DNA of 35,770 nt from a virus. The notes under the pieces are model-generated. The model was not told the origin of the DNA. It did no database searches and saw only the letters and a list, made by a program, of their open reading frames with translations. The DNA lies in the UHGV virus genome UHGV-0348126. One strand, 5' to 3'. Shown piece after piece: positions 27,658 to 34,546 of the stretch. Each line of letters opens with the position of its first letter. Position 1 is the stretch's first letter. A program made the translations under genes and the position numbers.

Positions 27658-28205
27658 GCGTTAGTTTCTCCACAGACACAAAACGCCACGACGCCCGGAG
27701 CTGCACACTCGCGGGCGTCACTCTTTTCTGGAACGCAGAAAATTTTGTAGACCAGTGCCGCATGTTCCTGGAGCTTCGAAATCGACAGATACAACTCATC
27801 ATTAATTGCTGTCTGCTCATGTGGCTCCACTACCCCGTCTTCGATTGCCGAACGAATCTGCTTTGAGTAACTCCCGATCTGTTCAATAACTTCCAGTAGA
27901 CGTTGGTTGATATCAGCGTTCTCTACTTCCTCAATTTCTGGAAGTGATACAAACACCCCACCAGCAGACTGTGCGACAGCATCCGCAATGTGGTGAGTAC
28001 CAGCCGCACGCTGTAAAACCATTGCCCATCCCAACGGAAAAAACTGATCGCCATCGGCACGAAGGCGGTTGAATAAAGCGTTCTCTGTTACATCCAGCCA
28101 CTCAGCAGCTTCAGCGTAACCCCCCGGCAACGCCGCGATAGTTTTTCTGACAGCTTTCACGTACCACTCAGGCTGTTTTTCCACTTTCCAGTGATGCTTA
28201 CCCAC
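27654..28205 (-). CDS. putative CII-like / YdaT-like early regulator
   Basis: 183-aa ORF directly after cro, overlapping its stop; assignment by position and weak recall only. Confidence 0.35.
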   Translation of the reverse strand: MGKHHWKVEKQPEWYVKAVRKTIAALPGGYAEAAEWLDVTENALFNRLRADGDQFFPLGWAMVLQRAAGTHHIADAVAQSAGGVFVSLPEIEEVENADINQRLLEVIEQIGSYSKQIRSAIEDGVVEPHEQTAINDELYLSISKLQEHAALVYKIFCVPEKSDARECAAPGVVAFCVCGETNA

Positions 28206-28458
28206 GGCTTACCTCCTGTTCCTGTGGTTTTAACTCATTCCGGTTTTGACTAGATTGAAAGCGTGCAGGATAGAGAATCTGCATTTCGCTGATTTCTCCC
28301 TTAAAAAAATTGGCCAAACGCTCTGCAAGATCGATAGATGGAATTTGTTCCAGTCTCTCAATACGACTCAGCGTTGCTGGATTAACCTGAACGCCCGCAG
28401 CAACATGCTGCAAAGTAAAGCCGTGCGCCTTACGCACATTTCGTAATGGTGATTGCAT
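28198..28458 (-). CDS. Cro-like repressor (XRE-family HTH)
   Basis: 86-aa ORF divergent from CI; HTH-like LQHVAAGVQVNPATLSRIERLEQIPSIDLAERLANFF; GTGGAGG RBS 5 nt upstream of ATG. Confidence 0.75.
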   Translation of the reverse strand: MQSPLRNVRKAHGFTLQHVAAGVQVNPATLSRIERLEQIPSIDLAERLANFFKGEISEMQILYPARFQSSQNRNELKPQEQEVSRG

Positions 28459-28555
28459 ATAACCTCCACATATTGCGTGATGAGCATATTATTTCACGCA
28501 AATATTTTGCGCAAGTTGATTTGCTTAACGCGCAATAAAGAAATGTAATAAACGC
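28459..28555. promoter_or_regulatory. divergent immunity control region (OR-like): PR for cro plus operator repeats
   Basis: Minus-strand TTGCGC (plus 28509..28514) -17 bp- TAATAT (plus 28486..28491) fits a sigma70 promoter for cro; inverted repeat TTGCGTGA-N13-TCACGCAA (28472..28500) overlaps the -10; TTGCTTAACGCGCAA (28521..28535) matches TTGC-N7-GCAA. Confidence 0.55.
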
Positions 28556-29248
28556 ATGAACATAGGAAACCGAGTCAGACAACTTCGCCAGGCGAAGAAC
28601 ATGAAAATCGCCGATCTCGCTGAAGCAATAGGAGTGGATGCGGCGAATATCTCGCGCCTGGAAACAGGTAAGCAGAAACAATTCACTGAACAAGCCCTGA
28701 GTAATATTGCCAGGAGCTTAGGTGTTGATATTGCTGATCTCTTTACCTCAGACGTCAAAAGTAATACTGTATGTAAAAACAGTATTAGTGAGGATGTTGC
28801 GCAGGTGAAGGATGTATTCCGTATTGAAATGCTGGATGTCAGTGCCAGTGCGGGAAATGGCCTTATCCAGGGCGGTGATGTCATTGATGTGATTCATGCC
28901 ATTGAATACAGAACTGATAATGCTGTATCGATGTTTGGCGGACGACCAGCCAATCACATTAAAGTTATCAACGTTCGTGGGGACAGTATGTGTCCAACCA
29001 TTGAGCCAGGAGATCTCATCTTCGTTGATGTCAGTATCAATCAGTTTGATGGAGATGGTATCTATGTATTTGGTTTTGATGATAAAATTTATGTCAAACG
29101 ACTGCAAATGATACCTGACAAACTACTGGTGATTTCTGATAACCAGATTTACCGTGAATGGGGAATTACCAGCGAAAATGAACACCGGTTTATGGTCTTT
29201 GGAAAGGTCTTAATCAGCCAGTCACAAACCCTTAAACGACACAATTAA
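28556..29248 (+). CDS. CI-like repressor (HTH plus S24 LexA-like autopeptidase domain)
   Basis: 230-aa ORF; N-terminal HTH (RVRQLRQAKNMKIADLAEAIGVDAANISRLETGK); C-terminal S24 motifs GDSMCPTI (Ser) and VKRL (Lys). Confidence 0.9.
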   Translation: MNIGNRVRQLRQAKNMKIADLAEAIGVDAANISRLETGKQKQFTEQALSNIARSLGVDIADLFTSDVKSNTVCKNSISEDVAQVKDVFRIEMLDVSASAGNGLIQGGDVIDVIHAIEYRTDNAVSMFGGRPANHIKVINVRGDSMCPTIEPGDLIFVDVSINQFDGDGIYVFGFDDKIYVKRLQMIPDKLLVISDNQIYREWGITSENEHRFMVFGKVLISQSQTLKRHN

Positions 29249-29268
29249 CCCTTACTTCCTCATCAATT

Positions 29269-29293
29269 AGCCACCCGAAGGTGGCTTTTCATT
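29269..29293 (+). terminator. intrinsic terminator after cI
   Basis: AGCCACC-CGAA-GGTGGCT perfect 7-bp stem followed by TTTCATT, 20 nt after the cI stop. Confidence 0.65.
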
Positions 29294-29303
29294 ACCCACC
29301 AAA

Positions 29304-29356
29304 TTGCATATCTCGCAATAAAAACACTTGCACAATGCGCAACTTCATTTTATCTT
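29304..29356 (+). promoter_or_regulatory. OL-like operators with candidate leftward early promoter
   Basis: TTGCATATCTCGCAA (29304..29318) and TTGCACAATGCGCAA (29328..29342) share TTGC-N7-GCAA with the OR-side site; TTGCAC -17 bp- TATCTT (29351..29356) is a possible -35/-10. Confidence 0.45.
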
Positions 29357-29787
29357 TCTTTCCAGACCAACAAACAAGGTACTAACAAAATTTGGTTGTA
29401 ACACGGCGTATGGCACATGCGTCGTTAGCGGTCTGGGGACGTTAAAGGGGACAATCCACTCCTTGCTCGGGCAAACAAACCAGGTAGCCGGAATGTGCAA
29501 GTCAATGATGATGCTGATAAGACGCCTAACCAGCGTGGCGATCCGGTTTGACGCCTGGGAAGAGACCAGGGTGCAACGATGAGGGCATTTATGGAGCCGC
29601 GACAAAGTGTGGTGCCGTAACTGGCTAAGTGCTCTCAGCGTTGTGGTGAAGGCGCAGGCTGATGCGCGAAAGACATTGCAGCTATTGCGGAAAAGAGCTG
29701 TTCGGCGGGGCAATTAAACGCCCGTGAGAGTCTGAAATAACCGCAAGCCGGAGATCAGCACCGGTCACCACAACAGCCACTGCTTTG

Positions 29788-29835
29788 GCGGTACCAGTTT
29801 GTACACTTGCTTCCGGCTGGTACCGCTCTTTTTAC
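29788..29835 (+). terminator. leader hairpin with T-run (terminator-like) carrying a boxA-like sequence
   Basis: GCGGTACCAG (29788..29797) pairs with CTGGTACCGC (29817..29826), then TCTTTTTAC; the 3' arm and T-run read CGCTCTTTTTAC, close to nut/rrn boxA (CGCTCTTA / GCTCTTTAACAA). Confidence 0.4.
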
Positions 29836-29970
29836 AAAACAGAGAAGAGCATCACCGGACGACGGGCTCATAACCCAATCCATCCGGGCGGCTGCCACCG
29901 CAGGTGTTCTTCTCTGTTTTGTGGAGAAACCAACCGACCTTGCAGGGTCGATATGATGAGGAGCAGCAAA

Positions 29971-30333
29971 ATGGCTAGCGAACGCAGTACTGATGTGCAG
30001 GCATTTATCGGGGAGCTGGACGGCGGCGTATTTGAAACCAAAATCGGCGCAGTTCTCAGTGAAGTCGCTTCCGGTGTGATGAACACGAAAACCAAAGGGA
30101 AGGTCTCACTCAACCTGGAAATCGAACCATTTGATGAGAACCGTGTGAAAATCAAACACAAACTCTCATATGTTCGCCCGACTAACCGCGGGAAAATTTC
30201 CGAAGAAGACACCACCGAAACGCCGATGTATGTCAATCGCGGTGGTCGCCTGACTATTCTGCAGGAAGACCAGGGACAGTTACTGACTCTTGCCGGTGAA
30301 CCTGACGGAAAACTCCGCGCAGCAGGTCGTTAA
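29971..30333 (+). CDS. hypothetical early protein, YfdP-like (start at internal ATG 29971)
   Basis: GAGGAG RBS 7 nt upstream of ATG 29971 (MASERSTDVQAF..., 120 aa); first gene after the structured leader; the upstream part of the track ORF is unlikely to be coding. Name by memory of the E. coli CPS-53 gene order. Confidence 0.5.
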   Translation: MASERSTDVQAFIGELDGGVFETKIGAVLSEVASGVMNTKTKGKVSLNLEIEPFDENRVKIKHKLSYVRPTNRGKISEEDTTETPMYVNRGGRLTILQEDQGQLLTLAGEPDGKLRAAGR

Positions 30334-30398
30334 TATCGTTTTTAATTAACTGATTATTTATCTCATCACTGAATATCTTTATATAGTGAGGACTTATT

Positions 30399-31223
30399 AT
30401 GTCTCAGAACTTAGACGCAACCGCAATTAATCAAATCCATGCCCTTATTTCTGCTCAGGGTGTTAATGAAATTATCAGTAAGATTGGTGCCGATGCTGTG
30501 GCATTGCCTGAGAATTTCCGCATTCATGATCTGGAAAAATTTAATTTAAATCGCTTCCGTTTCCGTGGTGCGCTTTCCACTGCCAGCATCGATGACTTTA
30601 CCCGTTATTCTAAAGATCTTGCAGATGAAGGCACCCGCTGCTTTATCGATGCTGATAATATGCGTGCCGTCAGTGTGCTTAACCTAGGTACTATTGATGA
30701 ACCAGGTCACGCAGATAACACCGCCACACTCAAACTGAAAAAGACAGCACCGTTCTCTGCTCTGTTGTCTGTTAACGGCGAGCGTAACTCCCAGAAGTCA
30801 CTGGCAGAATGGATTGAAGACTGGGCCGACTATCTTGTGGGCTTTGATGCTAATGGTGACGCTATTCAGGCAACAAAAGCGGCTGCGGCTGTCCGTAAAA
30901 TCACGATTGAAGCAAACCAGACCGCTGATTTTGAAGATAATGACTTCAGCGGCAAACGCTCCCTGATGGAGTCTGTCGAAGCGAAGACCAAAGACATTAT
31001 GCCAGTGGCATTTGAATTTAAATGCGTTCCGTTTGAAGGTCTGAAAGAACGTCCGTTTAAATTACGCCTCAGTATTATCACTGGCGATCGTCCTGTACTG
31101 GTTCTGCGCATTATTCAGCTGGAGGCGGTGCAGGAAGAAATGGCTAACGAATTTCGTGATCTGCTTGTTGAGAAATTCAAGGACAGCAAAGTAGAAACCT
31201 TTATTGGTACTTTCACCGCCTGA
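30399..31223 (+). CDS. yfdQ: DUF2303-family protein, YfdQ-like
   Basis: 274-aa ORF; length and position match what I recall of E. coli CPS-53 YfdQ. Confidence 0.55.
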   Translation: MSQNLDATAINQIHALISAQGVNEIISKIGADAVALPENFRIHDLEKFNLNRFRFRGALSTASIDDFTRYSKDLADEGTRCFIDADNMRAVSVLNLGTIDEPGHADNTATLKLKKTAPFSALLSVNGERNSQKSLAEWIEDWADYLVGFDANGDAIQATKAAAAVRKITIEANQTADFEDNDFSGKRSLMESVEAKTKDIMPVAFEFKCVPFEGLKERPFKLRLSIITGDRPVLVLRIIQLEAVQEEMANEFRDLLVEKFKDSKVETFIGTFTA

Positions 31224-31350
31224 TTTCATTACTGCAAATGCCCCTGCGGGGGCATTTATGGAAACGTAATTTACTCAATAATCGCCGGATGGTGAGGGAT
31301 TCTTTTTACCAGAATTCAGCGCGGTGCAGCGCATATACGTGGAGAACAAA

Positions 31351-31887
31351 ATGTCATTTATTAAAACTTTTTCCGGGAAGCATTTTTATTATGACAAGAT
31401 AAATAAAGACGACATCGTTATTAACGATATCGCGGTTTCCCTTTCAAATATCTGCCGCTTTGCCGGTCATCTTTCTCACTTCTACAGCGTCGCCCAACAT
31501 GCGGTGCTTTGCAGCCAGCTGGTGCCTCAGGAATTTGCTTTTGAAGCGTTAATGCATGATGCAACAGAAGCGTATTGCCAGGACATCCCCGCACCACTGA
31601 AACGCCTTCTTCCTGACTATAAACGGATGGAAGAAAAAATAGACGCCGTAATCCGTGAGAAATACGGGTTACCTCCGGTTATGAGCACGCCAGTGAAATA
31701 TGCCGATCTCATTATGCTGGCAACCGAACGCCGCGATCTCGGGCTTGATGATGGCTCTTTCTGGCCTGTACTGGAAGGTATCCCGGCAACAGATATGTTC
31801 AAAGTGATTCCACTGGCACCGGACCATGCCTACGGGATGTTTATGGAACGTTTTAACGAGTTATCGGAGTTACGCAAATGCGCATGA
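31351..31887 (+). CDS. yfdR: HD-domain 5'-deoxynucleotidase, YfdR-like (start at internal ATG 31351)
   Basis: GGAG RBS 8 nt upstream of ATG 31351 giving MSFIKTFSGKHFYY... (178 aa); HD motif LMHDATEAY with upstream His (AGHLSHFYSVAQHAVL); recalled match to E. coli YfdR. Confidence 0.7.
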   Translation: MSFIKTFSGKHFYYDKINKDDIVINDIAVSLSNICRFAGHLSHFYSVAQHAVLCSQLVPQEFAFEALMHDATEAYCQDIPAPLKRLLPDYKRMEEKIDAVIREKYGLPPVMSTPVKYADLIMLATERRDLGLDDGSFWPVLEGIPATDMFKVIPLAPDHAYGMFMERFNELSELRKCA

Positions 31888-32240
31888 ATGTTTTCGAAAT
31901 GGAAGGGTTTCTTCGTGGGAGATGTGTACCGCGAGACCTGAAAGTGAATGAAACAGATGCTGAATACCTGGTGCGTAAATTCGATGCGCTTGAAGCTAAA
32001 TGTGCGGCACTGGAAAACAAAGTAATACCAGTGTCAACTGCACTGCCACCAGCAAATGAAAGTGTTTTGTTATTCGATGCTAACGGAGAAGGCTGGCTAA
32101 TTGGCTGGCGTTCTCTCTGGTACACCTGGGGGCAAAAAGAAACCGGAGAATGGCAGTGGACATTTCAGGTCGGGGACCTTGAAAACGTCAATATCACTCA
32201 CTGGGCAGTAATGCCGAAAGCACCGGAGGCTGGAGCATAA
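31878..32240 (+). CDS. hypothetical protein, YfdS-like
   Basis: 120-aa ORF; ATG overlaps the upstream stop; Trp-rich C-terminal half. Confidence 0.5.
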   Translation: MRMNVFEMEGFLRGRCVPRDLKVNETDAEYLVRKFDALEAKCAALENKVIPVSTALPPANESVLLFDANGEGWLIGWRSLWYTWGQKETGEWQWTFQVGDLENVNITHWAVMPKAPEAGA

Positions 32241-33064
32241 TGATCACGTTTACCGACAAAGAACTGATTAAAGAAATTAAAGAGCGAATTGGGAGCCTGG
32301 ACGTTCGAGACAATATTGAGCGCCGTGCTTATGAAATTGCACTGGCATCACTGGAAGCAGATCCAGTTGCTTATATTTTCAAACATCCGGCCGGGAAATT
32401 ATTCTGGGCTTTAACGGATGAAAGCAATAAAGAGCAAGCGGACGTTATTCCTGTTTATGCTGCCGCGCCTGCGTCGGTTGTGCCGGATAATGCATCAGAG
32501 CCTCTTGCTTATGCTTACAAAGAGCTTACGCCTGAGATTATGCGCAACCATTTAGCTGTATTCGAGCGATATGGAATAGCCCCAAACGATAGCTCTACCA
32601 CAATTCAGGCACTGCGAATCGCGCTGGATGGCATAGAGCGGAGCGACGCCATGCTTCATGGTGCTGAACCTGTAAGCCAAACTTACAAGTTGCCAGTTAA
32701 TACACCTTGCCAAGATGCGCCAGCCCATATCTGGCTGCAAACAGCTGGAGTATGGCCAGAAGATGGCGAGTTAAGCGAATTAACGTGGTGCAGCCACAAT
32801 CAGCACCATGATGACACACTATATGTTCGAGCTGACCTTGTGAATGGCAACTATCCGGTAATTCCGGATGGTTGGATAAGCTGTAGTGAGCGAATGCCGG
32901 AAGACGGGCAGGAAGTTGTTGTTCAAACTCATTCAGGGTGGCGTTACATCGCATTCTACGAATCCCACTCTGGATTGTTCTATGACAGTCCTGAGGGTGA
33001 TGTCGAGTATGTTCTCGTAACCCACTGGATGCCACTACCGGAGCCGCCGCAGGAGGTGAAGTAA
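32240..33064 (+). CDS. DUF551-domain protein
   Basis: 274-aa ORF; C-terminal WISCSERMPEDGQEVVVQTHSGWRYIAFYESHSGLFYD...VTHWMPLPEPP recalled as DUF551-like; TAATG overlaps on both sides. Confidence 0.55.
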   Translation: MITFTDKELIKEIKERIGSLDVRDNIERRAYEIALASLEADPVAYIFKHPAGKLFWALTDESNKEQADVIPVYAAAPASVVPDNASEPLAYAYKELTPEIMRNHLAVFERYGIAPNDSSTTIQALRIALDGIERSDAMLHGAEPVSQTYKLPVNTPCQDAPAHIWLQTAGVWPEDGELSELTWCSHNQHHDDTLYVRADLVNGNYPVIPDGWISCSERMPEDGQEVVVQTHSGWRYIAFYESHSGLFYDSPEGDVEYVLVTHWMPLPEPPQEVK

Positions 33065-33258
33065 TGAACAACTTAATGACAACTAAACAAGTCGCCGATT
33101 TCTGTGGTGTTTCAGTATCGACAGTTCTTCGCTGGAACAGCGTAAACAGGAGAACTGGCCAGAAATACAGGCCTGACTTTCCAGATCCTGATATTAAATC
33201 CTGCCCAAATAAATGGGCATCACACAAGATTTACAGATTTGCGGGAGTGATTGAGTAA
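33064..33258 (+). CDS. excisionase / AlpA-family DNA-binding protein
   Basis: 64-aa ORF, last gene of the early-left operon; HTH-like KQVADFCGVSVSTVLRW followed by a FPDP motif; GGAGGTGAAG RBS. Confidence 0.55.
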   Translation: MNNLMTTKQVADFCGVSVSTVLRWNSVNRRTGQKYRPDFPDPDIKSCPNKWASHKIYRFAGVIE

Positions 33259-33540
33259 AATGTATTAGCTTAGATGTGAGCTGACACATCTATGCTTAGA
33301 TGCCAAACCTAATCTGAGCGTCCACTCTTTACCAAGAGCGGACGTTACCAATGACCATATGACATGAATCGATAAGATCAAAACATTATCGCCAAGAAAT
33401 GTCATACCATTGATACAAATAAAATTGATTACCCCCTTACTCTTGTTGAAAAGTTAGTCGTAGAGTACCTATCGCAATGTAATCAGCTTTAATCATCTGA
33501 AAATTACTCCTTAAAAATTAGCTTTTATATACTGAACAAA

Positions 33541-34260
33541 TTAAATCTCTGTTTCTTTTCCTGCTCGGCTCAACCAATACTCCATTGTTTGAGTATGAAT
33601 CTTTTCAGCGTATATTTTATCAATTAATTTATCTTGTTTTTCTTTAATGACTTCACGCAGTGAATCATATAACATAAAAAAACGTTCATCATCTTCCTCA
33701 TTATTACCGTAATTTATTTGATTGAGTTCTGAAAAAATATGATAGTACCTTTTTTTCTTGGTCCCCGGCAATATTAAAACCAAGCCACATTGATCATATT
33801 CGAATTCACCTTTATGGGCAGCAAAGTTATGTCTAACATTCATAATAGAGTCATGTAAATCTCTGTATTTTTCTGGCACATGCTTTCTCTGCAATGTGAA
33901 TCGACGCCCTTTCGCCTCTGTAAAACACTTACCGTAAGTAACAACTTTTGATATAAACAAAGACTTTAATATTAGATTCTTTTCTAAATCCGGATAAATA
34001 AAGTGTTGTTCTTTATTAATGTTATTACAAATGTTTTTTATTATATTCTCCCAACCAATAACATTCCGAAGATCTTTATCAAGCAACTGTAAGGCCACAT
34101 ATTGTTCTACAAAACGGCCTTTTAAAGGTATTCGTGGTAATATTACACCTTTCTGCTTATAAATTCTTTCTATCGTATTATCTGGATATTGGATCTTCCT
34201 TATTTCTATTCCGTCTTCTTCTGATACCCTTACTAATGGTTCATTTTTTAACTTTGACAT
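33541..34260 (-). CDS. hypothetical cytoplasmic protein in AT-rich cargo island (candidate defence / abortive infection gene)
   Basis: 239-aa ORF, visibly AT-rich codon usage unlike flanking phage genes, flanked by AT-rich intergenic regions; no transmembrane segment; contains RHNFAAH (R-x5-H); no family recognised. Confidence 0.55.
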   Translation of the reverse strand: MSKLKNEPLVRVSEEDGIEIRKIQYPDNTIERIYKQKGVILPRIPLKGRFVEQYVALQLLDKDLRNVIGWENIIKNICNNINKEQHFIYPDLEKNLILKSLFISKVVTYGKCFTEAKGRRFTLQRKHVPEKYRDLHDSIMNVRHNFAAHKGEFEYDQCGLVLILPGTKKKRYYHIFSELNQINYGNNEEDDERFFMLYDSLREVIKEKQDKLIDKIYAEKIHTQTMEYWLSRAGKETEI

Positions 34261-34546
34261 GTTAACCCTCTTAAATAAAAAACTAACTTTATCCAGATAG
34301 TGTCCGTTAAGAAGTTTTCGTTACAACTAAGTTTCTAGGTAAATCATGAATCGACCTATAGTATCAAAAACATTTGGTGGTAAACATCTGCATTTATCAA
34401 ATGGCAGGAGCGATTTAGGGGCATAGGGATAGTGATGATATCGATACCCGCCCCCCTCTTATGTCAACACAATGGCGTAAACTTAACGCTCACATCTCGC
34501 TCAAAGTGTGCTAGGAGATTTGGTTATGTTCAGGTGATACAAACCG

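Noticed and set aside
29328-29713. Plus-strand 84-aa and minus-strand 122-aa ORFs in the early-left leader, considered as possible N-like antiterminator
   Set aside because: The plus ORF begins inside the operator/promoter (non-ATG start) and lacks the arginine-rich N-terminal motif of N proteins; the minus ORF would be transcribed into cI. The region is better explained as structured non-coding leader.
29785-29970. N-terminal 62 codons of track ORF 29785..30333
   Set aside because: Region is occupied by the leader hairpins; the translation (Cys/His/Arg-rich) is not protein-like, and a GAGGAG RBS precedes the ATG at 29971.
32697-33227. 176-aa minus-strand ORF
   Set aside because: Antisense to the DUF551 and excisionase genes, which are translationally coupled within the early-left operon; no independent support.
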